Positions 12,900 through 25,753 of a stretch of DNA of 64,000 bases are shown here, one piece after another (the stretch's first letter is position 1; each line of letters opens with the position of its first letter). The notes under the pieces were generated by a model. The model saw only the letters and a list, made by a program, of their open reading frames with translations. It did no database searches and was not told the DNA's origin. The stretch is from the NCBI RefSeq assembly GCF_032854445.1, contig NC_088300.1, forward strand, positions 74,576,302 to 74,640,301, in the 5' to 3' direction. The DNA comes from Liolophura sinensis (taxonomy: Eukaryota). Made by a program: the position numbers and the translations under genes.

Positions 12900-13235
12900 T
12901 AAAACTGCAGTTAAAGGAAGATTACCTGTTGCAGGTGAGGAGGTTCCCACTGTCAAGGTTTGTTAGTAAGTTACCTGTTACAGGTCAGAAGACTCACATT
13001 ACCCTGGTGTGTTGATAACTTATCTATTACAGATGAAGAGGTTCCAATTATCCAGGTGTGACGGACTTATCTGTTACAGGCTAGGAGGCTCACATTATCC
13101 AGGTGTGCTGATAATTCTCCTATTACAGGTTAGCAGGCACACATTATTCAGGTGTGCTGATAATTCTTCTATTACAAGTGAGGAGGCACACACTGTCCAG
13201 GTGTGCTGATAACTTACCTGTTACAAGCGAGAAGT
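12900..13235. repeat. Degenerate repeat of about 56 bp (ttacctgttacaggtgaggagg…ccaggtgtgctgataa), about 6 copies, intronic
   Basis: Seen directly. Confidence 0.7.
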
Positions 13236-13364
13236 TTGTCATTATCCAGATCCAGATGCCAGACTTTAACTTCCCCAGTCCACTCTCCTGACACCAAGGA
13301 GCCAACTGCATGGTGTGCCAGGCAGCTAATCGGGCTATCTGTCCTCAGCTCTAACAACATTCGC
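13218..13364 (-). CDS. TEP1: TEP1 exon 51, WD40 (…VGSLVSGEWTGEVKVWHLDLDNDKLLACN)
   Basis: tttaccag acceptor and gtaagt donor. Confidence 0.65.
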
Positions 13365-13783
13365 CTGGTAAATTGATCACAGAACACAGATCATAAAATC
13401 GGGAACAACATCAAACCTCGCCTTATAAGTCCAGTAAAACAATACATGTACCAATAAGTATTATACACTACTTGAGCATTCTGTTTCTTAGTGACCATGA
13501 ATACAGAATGTAATGCCTCACAACACTAGTCCAACTGATACTGTATTGGCAGATAATCTGAAGCAAGGACACTGGTACTAATATGCATGTATTACATGTA
13601 ATAAGCTGCACACTGAGTCACAAATATAGGGAAATGCACAGCTAAGATCGATTTAGTTGCCAATTTTCTTCTTGCACATATTTTCAATGTATCAGGTATT
13701 CATTTTGTCTACATCTTTACAGAACACTCGCATTGGTGTCATTAAACTGACAAGGTTGTGTGTAGAATGATGTTCTTACTGAC

Positions 13784-13902
13784 CGCAGACACACATTCCC
13801 TCGCCTCAGGATCCGCCAGAGGTTGATAGTGCCGTCATCCGACCCTGTGGCCAGACTGTCCTCCCTCACAAAACAGATAGCGTTCAGCGATTTACCATGA
13901 GC
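13784..13902 (-). CDS. TEP1: TEP1 exon 50, WD40 (AHGKSLNAICFVREDSLATGSDDGTINLWRILRRGNVCL)
   Basis: ttcccag acceptor. The gtcagt donor was chosen for phase 2. An alternative gtaaga donor ends the exon at 13780. ±1 nt. Confidence 0.55.
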
Positions 13903-14469
13903 CTGGGAAATACAATGGTCACATTTATTTATTTATATTATTTGACTCTTGCTTGACACAACATCCACGAATTTTGATGGTTGGAGGAAATCAGCGTTCC
14001 TGGTGTGGTAATGACTGACGAACTTCCTCATGTGATGAACAGATGAGTACACCATGCTGGTGGTCTTTAACGAATGTCAACCACTTATTGTCACCAGGCT
14101 TCTTATTTTCACAACCAGTGCAAGTTGGGAATCTAAAAAGTCCTTGTCAAAAGGCTGGGTTTGAACCCCTACCTAGTGTGCCCAAGTGAATGAAAGGTTA
14201 GTTCCTCTAAAGGCTCGCTCCCATGTAATGTTTCCAGCACCTTCCACTTAAACACGACAATTTACGAAGAGGTACACATCCAATGTCCTTCATAACTGGG
14301 CCAACTGGAAGACTTCACACTGCCATATCAGCTGTAAACATCTATTTAAAGTACATGTATGAACAATTATCAATTATGAACAATTATTTTCTCTGAAACC
14401 AAACACTGGTTGACTTATATTGTAAAATAAGCCTAAGCAGCATTTTAGAATTTATTAGATTGATGTTTT

Positions 14470-14700
14470 ACAGCGTACTCAACAATATTTCACTTCTGAG
14501 ACAATGGCCAGAATTATGGTGGGAGGAAACTGGCCAGAGCCAGGGGCGAAACCCACTGCAATTCACAGGTTGTTGGTAGACCTTCCAACATTCGGCCAAG
14601 CATTTCAGGAATGAATGAATGATTTTGGCTTAATGCCACACACTGGCAATATTTCAGCCATATCGTGGCGAAGCATTTCAGGAGCCTGACATGTTCAGTT
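14470..14700 (-). mobile_element. SINE copy, partial
   Basis: Family consensus (attatggtgggaggaaactgg…). Confidence 0.6.
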
Positions 14701-14866
14701 ATATGCAAGTTTAGGTGACACCAGATGGGGGCTCTTTGAAATCAACACAACTGTTAAAAAGATGTGACTTTATGTTGATGTCATAGGGAACCATTGATCT
14801 GACAGATCCCACCATGCAAGATGTGTATTCAATGTAAAATCATGTATATTAGGCTCTACTCCTCAC

Positions 14867-14945
14867 CTGTACAGACACAGCCAGTCTGAAGCTCTGACTG
14901 GCCTCCTCTGTCTGACCTTTGACCCAGACCTTCAAGCAGCCATCT
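14867..14945 (-). CDS. TEP1: TEP1 exon 49, WD40 (RDGCLKVWVKGQTEEASQSFRLAVSVQ)
   Basis: cattgtag acceptor and gtgagg donor. Anchored via + ORF 14919..15149. Confidence 0.65.
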
Positions 14946-15559
14946 CTACAATGTCACAACAAGCATGCTATAGACATGTTAGGAAAGGAAGCCCTTTTCA
15001 AATCAGGGGTGTGTAACATTATCGAATATATGACCAATGCTAAGGAGGACCAATACACTGATGTGGCAGATCCTCTCAAATTCACAGAGGTTTATGAGAG
15101 ACAAAGAGGGCAATATCGCAACCTAATACAGATGAAAGATGTGATTTGACCGTAACTGCTAGATTGATCATAAATGGACCCATCAACTCAATGTTTCTTA
15201 TATCAACTACCATAAAATCATGCCTATCAGCATATTAATACCCCAACATTATTAGAATCCTGAAATGCCCATATGGTTTATACCAAAAAATTTTGTTTAT
15301 GACATTATATTTGTGTAACTTGATGCTATACTTAATAATTTTTCATAACACAGTTGTAGTTAGCCTAAGCTGTAGCCTAATTATCATGAGTTGGATTTGA
15401 ACCTGGGATCTCAATGAGCAGGGGTCAATCTGATATGACAAGCTGACCAAGCAAAAAGAGAATGAATACTAGGCACATTCAGTGTTAAACACAAACTACA
15501 GAACTTGTTATACAAGCTTTTCCCACAATTTCTTTCAGAAAGACATTTTAGCAGCTAAC

Positions 15560-15771
15560 CTGCTGCCTGTAGCAACCAATGCCTCATCCCACGATGACGC
15601 TACACATGTAACCTCTCCATTGTGTTGACCAATCACATCCCCAGATCTCACTTGTCCAGCCCATAATTTCACAGACTTGTCAAGGGAACTGGTGCAGATA
15701 GTTCCAGATTTAAAACAGTCCAGTGAAACTACTCGGTCTGAATGACCAGTCAGACAGGTCACTTCATTTGC
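15560..15771 (-). CDS. TEP1: TEP1 exon 48, WD40 (…TCLTGHSDRVVSLDCF…SLDKSVKLW…)
   Basis: ccacag acceptor and gttagc donor. ORF 15535..15762 frame. Confidence 0.7.
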
Positions 15772-15789
15772 CTGTGGAAGGTATGGATA

Positions 15790-15900
15790 TATTTATTTAT
15801 TTTATTTCATTTCATGTTTAATGCCGTATTCCAGAATATATTACTTTGACGATGGCGGCAGCCAGCATTACGGTGGGAGGAAGTATGGATATAACTGTAT
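15790..15900 (-). mobile_element. SINE fragment
   Basis: …gcggcagccagcattacggtgggaggaag. Confidence 0.45.
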
Positions 15901-16235
15901 AATATACATTAAAGAATCATTCATACATTACTGATAGGACTGTGTTTCAATCAATAATCTGTAATACTTAGGTGCCAAAAATGAGTTTGAAAAACTTGCA
16001 AGATTATTTTGTTAACCATATTTCATCCACATTGAAGGTTGCAGTAAGCCATGTTTAGGTCAGAAAATTAAAACTTGGCAGTGAAGCATTCTAACCATTG
16101 AAGTCCAGTTCTTCCACAGATTAGTTTTGCCTTTCTGCTGTATTGCAAACTATGACAACTATGCCCTTAATACTCAGAGTTACTTTCCTTCCATTTTAAA
16201 TGAAGCCTAAACCAAATACTTTTTGCAATTTATAC

Positions 16236-16390
16236 CTGGAGGGGTTTCCACAGTTTGATAGAGCCAATGTCATCACAGGTTACAACAACAACCTCCTCAA
16301 ATGACACAGGAGGAGCTTTCTCCTTCTTGGACTTCTCCAGTTCCTCAACCTGATCTCCCCAGCTTGGCTCAGATTCCTTCTCTTCTTCCT
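16236..16390 (-). CDS. TEP1: TEP1 exon 47, acidic linker plus WD40 end (…VTCDDIGSIKLWKPLQ)
   Basis: ttaatcag acceptor and gtataa donor. ±1 nt. Confidence 0.55.
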
Positions 16391-16722
16391 CTGATTAAAC
16401 AAAGATGAAATCACTTTAATATGTGAACTTACTTTTAGTTTCACCTAAAATAAATTTTACGCTTTCCTATTATGAATGAAGATGAAGTTAAATACTAAGA
16501 AATGACAGAAGATAGTAGTTTTTCTTGCTATGGTACTTGAAAATACCTTATGTATAAACTTTCAGCATGTCGATTTGATGAAAATGTAACTGTGGCCTAC
16601 TTATTAATGCTCCGATTTACTGCACTACACATGGTAAGTATTTTTTTAAAGTACTGTAAAATTCTTAAAACTGCCTTTACTCACCACATCTGTATAATTC
16701 ATTATTGTTCACATATACACAC

Positions 16723-16855
16723 CCTTTGTGACCTTGACAAGCATGTCACAGGCCAGCACACGACCTTGATGTCCATACAGGGTGGTGATCTCTGTACCTT
16801 TATGGGACCACACCTTGGCTGTTCCATCACTGGACGCAGTGACCACACAACCATA
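16723..16855 (-). CDS. TEP1: TEP1 exon 46, WD40 (YGCVVTASSDGTAKVWSHKGTEITTLYGHQGRVLACDMLVKVTKG)
   Basis: tgtttcag acceptor and gtgtgt donor. An alternative donor is at 16732, with a matching phase-0 acceptor for exon 47. Confidence 0.6.
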
Positions 16856-17279
16856 CTGAAACACAACAAACAAGCGGCAATAGAAAATCCCCACATCATT
16901 CTTCACTCACCAATACACAATTGTCTAATATAAAATGTATATCTATCTTTACTAAAATGATGACCAAACTTATAAAACATATAATCATATAATAATATGA
17001 AACTTTCAGATTAATTTATACATACTTATAATTTGTTTCTGGGGACTACATTTCAAGACTACATTGGTTGGATTGGCCACTTTCAGGGCTTCACAACAAT
17101 TATAATCGTGTCAAACTACACAGAATAATGTCTTCAGAATATGCTTGAATAAACACCTGGCAAACAAGCGAAAAGGTTAAAGAATTACAGTACATGTTTG
17201 CAAAGGTAAAACAGTGTATTAGGATGCTTTTAATATCTGCCCACTATGGAAGCTATATCTGCTTACAAACTGCTGATGT

Positions 17280-17525
17280 CGAACAAAGGCAAAGTGATCG
17301 AGTAACAAGTGATCAGATCTGATTGGTGGCCAGCATTAAGGTGAGAGCAAAACGGACACAGCCGGGGGAACACACAACCATCCACAGGTTGCTGCAGACC
17401 TTCTGACGTGTGACCTGGAAAGGAAGCCAGCATAAGCTGGACTTGAACTCACACTGACTGCATCTGTGAGAGGCTAATGCATCAGTGTGCTATAGGGCAC
17501 AGTAACCATTCAGCCACGATGGCCT
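17280..17525 (-). mobile_element. SINE copy
   Basis: Family consensus. Confidence 0.7.
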
Positions 17526-17548
17526 CTTAAGTGATCATAGGTACCCAC

Positions 17549-17656
17549 CTTGTAGGCTAAGCCATTGATGGTTGAGGAATGACCAATCAGAGATGTCCTC
17601 TCTTTCTCAGCATTGATGTCCCAAACCTTCACATTGAAATCATTGGAGGAGGTGAT
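17549..17656 (-). CDS. TEP1: TEP1 exon 45, WD40 (ITSSNDFNVKVWDINAEKERTSLIGHSSTINGLAYK)
   Basis: cccacag acceptor and gtgggt donor. ORF 17510..17704 frame. Matches human LLISCSSDGSVGLWDPESGQRLGQFLGH. Confidence 0.8.
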
Positions 17657-17964
17657 CTGTGGGCGATAATTTATGTGGGAAACTTTATCTACATAGATGT
17701 ACATGACGACAAAACTTAAGATTAACCCAGGCGAATCAGTTTAGCTCCACAAACTAGTTTTAACTTTAAGATAGTATGAAAAAAAAATTTCTTTGTAGAA
17801 ATACAGATTAATATATGATCTTTGAACAAATTCTTCAAATATTTCCATTTAATAACACGCTGCTTTCTGCTTTTGTTGTATTCCATAATCATATTGATTG
17901 AAAGCAAAACCAGAAATGTGATAAAAGTTTGGGGTTTTAATAATTACATGCATTTAATACTGAC

Positions 17965-18085
17965 CAAGAAATCTCCAATGTTGGACCATTTACAATCTGT
18001 GATCCAATCAGCATGGCAGGCATGCAAGATTTTGATTGGTTCAATGTCAGTTAGGTCAAGGTCAATGGTGGTCATATCCCAGATC
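17965..18085 (-). CDS. TEP1: TEP1 exon 44, WD40 (IWDMTTIDLDLTDIEPIKILHACHADWITDCKWSNIGDFL); the 5' end is uncertain
   Basis: Matches human FPACHRDWVTGCAWTKDNLL. gtcagt donor at 17964. The phase-consistent acceptor is tctgtgag, giving a start at 18085. The better-looking ttgttccag acceptor would give a start at 18093. Confidence 0.5.
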
Positions 18086-18339
18086 CTCACAGACTGGAAC
18101 AAATAATACATGTACACGTATACAATGTATACAGATAAATTCTGTGATGCATCAATAGGCATTTTACACCCAAACCACCAACAAATATTGCTTAGTGTAG
18201 GAATAATTTCTATCACTTCCCCAATGTTTCTTACAGAATGATAAAACTAAATGACGTTCAGCTTGATTTAAGCACTTAGTGAGTGGAATTAATTCATATT
18301 CTGCACAACAGTTACATGAGATGTTTTAAACTGACAGCT

Positions 18340-19960
18340 ACCTGTCTCTTACAATACCACCACACTGCCATTGGTTTACAGCACAGAACTGACAGCTACA
18401 TGTCTTTTATAATACCACCACAATGCCATTGGTTTACAGCATGGAACTGACAGCTGCATGTCTTTTATAATACCACCACACTGCCATTGGTTTACAGCAT
18501 GGAACTGACAACTACATGTCTTTTATAATACCACCACACTGCCATTGGTTTACAGCACAGAACTGACAACTACATGTCTTTTATAATACCACCACACTGC
18601 CATTGGTTTACAGCATGGAACTGACAGCTACATGTCTTTTATAATACCACCACACTGCCATTGGTTTACAGCATGGAACTGACAGCTGCATGTCTTTTAT
18701 AATACCACCACAATGCCATTGGTTTACAGCATGGAACTGACAGCTGCATGTCTTTTATAATACCACCACACTGCCATTGGTCTACAGCACGGAAATGACA
18801 GCTACTTGTCTTTTATAATACCACCACACTGCCACTGGTTAACAGCATGGAACTGACAACTACATGTCTTTTATAATACCACAACACTGCCATTGGTTTA
18901 CAGCACTGAACTGACAGCTACATTTTTTTTATAACACCGCCATATTGCCATTGGTTTACAGCACGGAACTGACAGCTGCATGTCTTTTATAATACCACCA
19001 CACTGCCACTTGTTTACAGCACAGAACTGACAGCTACATGTCTTTTATAATACCCCAACACTGCCATTGGTTTACAGCACGGAACTGACAGCTACTTGTC
19101 TTTTATAACACCACCATACTGCCATTGGTTTACAGCATGGAACTGACAGCTACCTGTCTTTTATAATACCACCACACTGCCATTTGTTTACAGTACGGAA
19201 CTAACAGCTACATGTCTTTTATAATACCACCACACTGCCATTGGTTTACAGTACGGAACTGACAGCTACATGTCTTTTATAATACCACCACACTGCCACT
19301 TGTTTACAGTACGAAACTGAAAGCTACATGTCTTTTATAATACCACAACACTGCCATTGGTTTATAGCATGGAACTGACAGCTACCTGTCTTTTATAATA
19401 CCACCACACTGCCACTTGTTTACAGTACGGAACTAACAGCTACATGTCTTTTATAATACCACAACACTGCCATTGGTTTATAGCATGGAACTGACAGCTA
19501 CATGTCTTTTATAATACCACCACACTGCCACTTGTTTACAGTACGGAACTGAAAGCTACATGTCTTTTATAATACCACAACACTGCCATTGGTTTATAGC
19601 ATGGAACTGACAGCTACATGTCTTTTATAATACCACCACACTGCCACTTGTTTACAGCACGGAACTGAAAGCTACATGTCTTTTATAATACCACAACACT
19701 GCCATTGGTTTATAGCATGGAACTGACAGCTACATGTCTTTTTTAATACCACCACACTGCCATTGGTTTACAGCACAGAACTGAAAGCTACATGTCTTTT
19801 ATAATACCACCACACTGCCACTTGTTTACAGTACGGAACTGACAGCTACATGTCTTTAATAATACCACCACATTGCCATTGGTTTACAGCACGGAACTAA
19901 CAGCTACATGTCTTTAATAAAACCATCACATTGCTATTGGTTTACAGCAAGAACAAGTGA
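18340..19960. repeat. 58-bp minisatellite (ctgacagctacatgtcttttataataccaccacactgccattggtttacagcatggaa), about 28 copies, in the TEP1 intron between exons 44 and 43
   Basis: Seen directly. Confidence 0.9.
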
Positions 19961-20524
19961 CCTTTAATCATAAAAACATAGCATTTCCAAATATTTAACA
20001 GCCCGTATGTGAAATTACAGGCACTGTTACCACAACGTCAATTTACAAACTGACCATGTCTCTGCTAGCAGTGGCCAATCTAGTCTCTGAGGGGTTGAAT
20101 GAGCAGCTGGTTACCGGTGCAATGTGGCCGGTCAGAACCTCTATGGGTGAAACACTGTAAACAGGTAAAGCACACAAAACACATCACTGATATTTTCACC
20201 CCAAAAATATATTACTGTAAATCTTCAACCATTCAACCACTGAAGCAATTTTTCGAGTGAAATTTATGCACACACTTATTATAAAAAAAATAATGCCAAA
20301 ATTGATCAGTAGGATATTATCCTATCTCCCAAAAGAATCTTACTACACATTTCTATTAAGATCAATAGAACTCTTAGAATTTGGTAAAATGAGTTGTTTA
20401 TTCCTGGACAAAACATCAGTTCCAACACAGCAGCTGATTAATCCAATGGTCGCTTGCCTGAGAGCTTATCAGAAAGTATTTGACTTTATTAGCATGATAA
20501 ATGCTACACGTAGTACACGTGTAC

Positions 20525-20694
20525 CTTTTATTTTCCGTGATCTTGAGTTTATAGGGTGTCTGGTATCTGAAGAGACAACATGTAAAGTCTTCTGATGTGG
20601 AGGATAGAAGCGTCTTTCCTGCCGTGACACACAGGACAGGCTTGCTGTGACCCATCAGCTTGTACAGCTCATTCCCTGTCCCACTCTCAAAAAC
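20525..20694 (-). CDS. TEP1: TEP1 exon 43, WD40 (VFESGTGNELYKLMGHSKPVLCVTAGKTLLSSTSEDFT…); the 3' end is uncertain
   Basis: ccacag acceptor. The only canonical donor downstream is gtacac at 20524. The WD motif would instead favour ending after …SEDFT at 20581, which has no GT. Confidence 0.45.
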
Positions 20695-21180
20695 CTGTGG
20701 TCAGCAAATCAACAGCAAACATAAGATGAAAATATACAAGTTCGTAAAACGTTGAAAAAGGGGCCACAAATAGTAAAACAGTAAAACAGACCAAAATTAA
20801 CGTCCCACGCTTTTTGTGAAAGCATGAAATAAAACACATCCCAGGTGTTACTGTGGTCAGAAAGATTTTCCACATTTTATTTTTCATCTGGTATTAGTTC
20901 AGAACACCTGATTAATTTAGCACCTTGATTAGGAGACAAGCTATGCTTAGCCAAATTTCTCCTAGCAGGGGCTATCCACGAACCTCTTTCACAAAACTTC
21001 TAAACTCAGTTTTTCAGAACTTTTCTTGTATTTCACGCTGCCTTACAGCCTATTATCTATACAGCATCCTTCACAAGAAAAGTTACGAGAAAATATGTCT
21101 TACAAAGTGTTGTAAAAGTTGGCCCATGTTCTTCATTAACAGGTATGATAAAAGTGAATGTAAGTGAACATGTCGCCGAC

Positions 21181-21287
21181 CTTGCTGGTGGAGTCCTCTG
21201 AGCCTGTGATGATATTCTCCCCACTGATAGTGTAAGTAATACACCTGACTGGGTCAGCATGCGCAGCTATTTCATAGTTCAGCAATC
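21181..21287 (-). CDS. TEP1: TEP1 exon 42, WD40 (…ITGSEDSTSK)
   Basis: cccag acceptor and a weak gtcggc donor. Phase-consistent with exon 43. Confidence 0.55.
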
Positions 21288-21825
21288 CTGGGCGGCAATA
21301 AATTCACAAAACTTATGTATCATCGTACAGATATCTCTTTGAACACAATCATTTAGAAATGCTCATAAAAAACATGCAAAATAAGAGCTTTCAGGGAGAA
21401 AGTTTTAAACAAATGTACTTTTTGCTGATCACAAAACATAAGACTGCTGGAAAAACATACATCTGTTACCTGGATGCATGTTTCATGCTATGAGAATCTC
21501 AATACTGAATTCAACCTGTAAAGTCATGCATGTGTATGGATAGGATAATCTGGATAGATACTTGAGGAAACTATTACCAGCCCTGAAAAGGTAGCTGACA
21601 CACTTTTTATGAAGTACAGTAATACTGTGTAAGCTATTGGTTTCCACCCAGAAGACAGTCATCAAAAATAAAACAACATTTACCAAATACTTGTACACCT
21701 GAAATAACAAGGATTTGAGCCGTTTGTGATAAACTTAAGGAAACAGTTTATAATAGTTAAACTTTATAAATAAATAATACAATGCCTACAATATATGTAA
21801 AATATGTATAGTGGTATATACCCAC

Positions 21826-21967
21826 CTGATTCCACATCAAACACTCGGACCTGACCTGAATGGTAACCCACGGCAACACTAGTGCCATCTGGTGACAGAG
21901 CGACCGAAACTGGGATAACTTCATCCTCCAAGCTGTGCAGCAGTTTACCCAGATGAGCAGACCAAAC
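21826..21967 (-). CDS. TEP1: TEP1 exon 41, WD40
   Basis: tttgtag acceptor and gtgggt donor. Anchored to ORF 21757..22056 with a +1 frame offset. Confidence 0.7.
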
Positions 21968-22204
21968 CTACAAAAGAATGGCAATGAAACATCTGGAGAT
22001 GTATAAACAATAACAGCTGTACAATTTGTCCTGACCATTCCACTGTAACAGATCAATGCCTTTCTACATGTACTAGTGTGTTCAGTGTAATGCTTGATGC
22101 TGGAAACAATAGGCCAGCATACATGCTCTAAAGCAGAAAAGCACAGGCCTACCTACATGTATGCTGTATCAGAAGGTCTTGCCACTGTATTCAGGGTTAA
22201 ATCT

Positions 22205-22445
22205 ATATTTAGTTATTCACTTGATGGGTGTTTCACACCATATTCAAGGATATTTCACTTTAAATATATGATTGCAGCCAGCATTATGGTAGGAGGAAAC
22301 TGATCAGAGCATGGGATAGAACCATGACCATCTGCAGGCTGCTGCAACACCTTCCCACGTACGGCCAGAGAGGAACTCCGAACTGAACTCACAGCCACCA
22401 CATTTGTGAGAGGCTCCCGGGTCATTGCGCCGTGCTGTGTTGAAT
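22205..22445 (-). mobile_element. SINE copy
   Basis: Family consensus. Confidence 0.7.
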
Positions 22446-22684
22446 CTATACATATCGTAGTCATTGTTTCCAACCAAACATTATACAGTTCTCAGGTTTA
22501 CCATTTTCTTGATAAACTTCTTGACACTTCTGTAGCAAGACAAACCACAAATATCAGGCAAATCTGTCAGCAACATTCAGTCAAAGGAATTACATAAAAA
22601 TCACTTCCTGACATACTTTCAAAAAGGTCAAAAATGCACTTTGCATTCCTTCAAAGTACAGCCAAATGTATATTTATAATTTAC

Positions 22685-22783
22685 CTTAACTTTCTGATCA
22701 TCGCTGACAGTGACTAGTTCCTTGCCAGAGGGAGTAAAGACCAGCTTGTTGATTGGCAGAGAGTGGCCCTGAATATCACCCAG
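22685..22783 (-). CDS. TEP1: TEP1 exon 40, WD40
   Basis: gtttcag acceptor and gtaaat donor. ORF 22628..22810 frame. Confidence 0.7.
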
Positions 22784-22989
22784 CTGAAACAAGGACAAGT
22801 CATGAGCCATTTAACATCCAACAATTTACACACCAACCAAGTACACTGCTAAATCATAAATCTTCACACCTAACTTAATTTTTCAATCTTTTCAACTACC
22901 TGTGCAATCAATATTTTGATTTATTTACTTAGTTATTTATATTTTATAGAAACAATCAATATTTTACATTTATTTATTTAGTTATTTAT

Positions 22990-23100
22990 TTGACTGATGT
23001 TTCAAGAATATTTCACTTATACAACAGTGGCTACCATTATGGTGGGAGGAAACCGGGCAGAGCCCAGGGGAAACCCACAAGCATCTGCAGGTTAAATACT
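22990..23100 (-). mobile_element. SINE fragment
   Basis: Family consensus. Confidence 0.5.
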
Positions 23101-23455
23101 AGAGCGTGAAGGACCAAGTAACAAATATGCTTTTCATGACAAGACTGTGACAAATGTATGTGTTTGTATTATTTGCTTCATCCAGTGAACCAAACTTGCA
23201 ATGTGTGTACATGTAGGTATACAAGCTATTATGTGTTTTGGGACGCAAATGAGCACGTGAGCTCACTGTTTAGCCTGATCAGTCGTGTGGAGTTTCTTTA
23301 TCATTATCTTTCCATGGTTGTTTGAAACCAGTTTTTCTATATAAGAGTAAGCAAGCTGTTATTCTTTTATTTTCCCACTCACAAATCTTAACCTTCAGCT
23401 AGTTTAGCTGTTGTTTAGATGTAAAATACAGATGTGCGGTACATAGCTTTCTCAC

Positions 23456-23575
23456 CTGTGCTCCGTTCAGAGCTGACCAAAGCTTGACCTCTCCATCCAA
23501 AGCTGCAGACGCTATGTACCTGCCAGACGGTGAAAACCTTGCCTCTCTGACAGAACTCTTGTGGCCACGTAAAAT
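23456..23575 (-). CDS. TEP1: TEP1 exon 39, WD40 (ILRGHKSSVREARFSPSGRYIASAALDGEVKLWSALNGAQ)
   Basis: tgtcag acceptor and gtgaga donor. ORF 23399..23599 frame. Confidence 0.75.
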
Positions 23576-24236
23576 CTGACACAAACACCAAATCACCAAA
23601 AATAGTTTGTGTATTTGGGATGGGGTGTGGTGGCTTGCAGGGTAGCTTGGGGGATTATAACTGGGTATAATAGATGCATGGGTACATCTACAATCTTATT
23701 AGTCCCATCACTTTAAATACATACCGCTTTACTAATATCAACAAAACATGCACTGTACTTACATATACATACACTTTATGCATATCTACATGTATAACAC
23801 AGTGGCTGGGTTTATGGGTGGAGAAAACTCTGGCCCTCAGCCAAGTACATGAACAACCCCTGACAAAACAGCAGCCAGTGATGCAACATGAAAGAAAGCA
23901 AATACACCACAATGATGTGAACTTGTGGACTATAATGTACATGTATATTAACCGGGGGAGGGAGGGGGGAGGGTCTAAGTCTCTTTAAGACACCCTATTC
24001 TGACAAAACTAACATGGGAGAGAAAGGGAGAATTGGAGAAAATTGGACATGAAACATCATGACTTCAAGTTTTGGTTAAATCTATGATGTGCCAGCAGTT
24101 ATTTAACTATATACATGTCTATACTGTAACTCACACAACTTCACTACTACTTCACTATCAGGTTTGTACATGTAGAGCACATGTACAATGTATTTGTAAA
24201 GAGTAAACATTGCAAATAGTGCTCTCTAATTCTCAC

Positions 24237-24345
24237 TGCTTTCCGTCTTCTGTTGAATATGTCCCATATCTTAAGGGTTGAATCCCAGCCCCCAGTAACT
24301 ACACTCTCGTCTTCAGGATGGAAGGACACACAGTTTATAGGCTTT
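24237..24345 (-). CDS. TEP1: TEP1 exon 38, WD40 (KPINCVSFHPEDESVVTGGWDSTLKIWDIFNRRRKA)
   Basis: ttttcag acceptor and gtgaga donor. Matches human KSLNCVAFHPEGQVIATGSW. Confidence 0.75.
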
Positions 24346-24529
24346 CTGAAAATAATGAACAAATTTGTGTCAACAACTTCTTTGTCTGCAATGAAAGATG
24401 CACAGTTTGTTTGACTTTATAAAAATTAGCAGCTAAGAATTTGTCAACAACTTAACAATTGTCTGTAGTTAAAAGGATTTCTAAATGTAACCAAACAGTA
24501 GTGTGTCAACAACTTTGTTGTCTGTGCCA

Positions 24530-24960
24530 AATAATCCATACTGTATCTGTACATAGATACAGTGAAAGGATGTGGGTTTGTGCAGATACAGTGAAAGGAT
24601 GCAGGTTTGTGCAGATACAGTGAAAGGATGTGAGTTTGTGCAGAAACAGTGAACGGATGTGGGTTTGTGCAGATACAGTGAACAGATGTGGGTTGGTGCG
24701 GATACAGTGAACAGATGTGGGTTTGTGCAGATACAGTGAACGGATGTGGGTTTGTGCAGATACAGTAAATGGATGTGGGTTTGTGCAGATACAGTAAACG
24801 GATGTGGGTTTGTGCAGATACAGTGAAAGGATGTGGGTTTGAGCAGATACAGTGAACAGATGTGGGTTTGGGTAGATAAAGTGAACGAATGTGGGTTTGG
24901 GCAGATACAGTGAAAGGATGTGGGTTTGTGCAGATACGGTTACAATGAAAGTATTCCATG
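24530..24960. repeat. 30-bp minisatellite (tgcagatacagtgaaaggatgtgggtttg), about 14 copies, intronic
   Basis: Seen directly. ORF 24444..24959 is a repeat translation. Confidence 0.9.
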
Positions 24961-25063
24961 TTCTGTATTCATAGCAAATGTTTTTGTCTCAAACACTCCG
25001 TACATCACTGGAAAAATAACTGTACAATATCAACAATACATGTTTTTTGTTGATTGCCCTTAC

Positions 25064-25204
25064 ATGTCCTTGAACTCGCAGACTTCCTTGCCGTCCTTGA
25101 CCGCCCAGACCTTTACGTTACAATCCCAACCTGCCGATGCGATAAGGCTACCATTCGAATCACAAGAGTTGACAGATCGGCCATGGCCCTTTAATGTGGA
25201 TACA
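25064..25204 (-). CDS. TEP1: TEP1 exon 37, WD40 (VSTLKGHGRSVNSCDSNGSLIASAGWDCNVKVWAVKDGKEVCEFKD)
   Basis: ctccag acceptor and gtaagg donor. ±1 nt. Confidence 0.65.
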
Positions 25205-25628
25205 CTGGAGTTGAATGAACAGACATGGGTCAGACATCAAAGCACAGAAAAGAAGAGACAGTCTTTAATATAATCTAATGCATACAGATTCTCACTCTGA
25301 AACTAACATGTCCTCTAAACTGTTAAGGCGAAGTCAGTCAAAAAAATTTACTAAAATTCCTAACAAGGTTACCTAAGGGTTTTGTCATGTAGTTCTGTCG
25401 CAAACTGGACAATTATATCTGTTCATGCTAATCCTGGATGTTAGAAAACCTTATCTTCAAACTACATGTATACATGTACGCGCTAAAATGGAAGCCTTTG
25501 TCATAAAGCTATGCCACAAGTACAGTCAGACATTCAAAGATAAAATTTACCACATTTTGCTTTGCATTTATGTAAATTAATTTAAGTATGACAGAACAGA
25601 ACAAATTGAAAAGAAAAGTTTTCCAAAC

Positions 25629-25753
25629 CGTTGTCCAGATGCCACATCCCAGAGGAACATCATTTTATCTTTGGAGGATGACACCAGACGTAACTCATTC
25701 ACAAAACATAGGTCGGTCAGTTTGTTACTGTGGCCATGGAACGTCCTCAGCTC
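25629..25753 (-). CDS. TEP1: TEP1 exon 36, WD40 (ELRTFHGHSNKLTDLCFVNELRLVSSSKDKMMFLWDVASGQ)
   Basis: ttgacag acceptor and gtttgg donor, chosen for phase 2. ±1 nt. Confidence 0.55.

Noticed and set aside
24444-24959. The 171-aa - strand ORF with reiterated CICTNPHPFTVSAQTHI
   Set aside because: It is a translation of the 30-bp intronic minisatellite.
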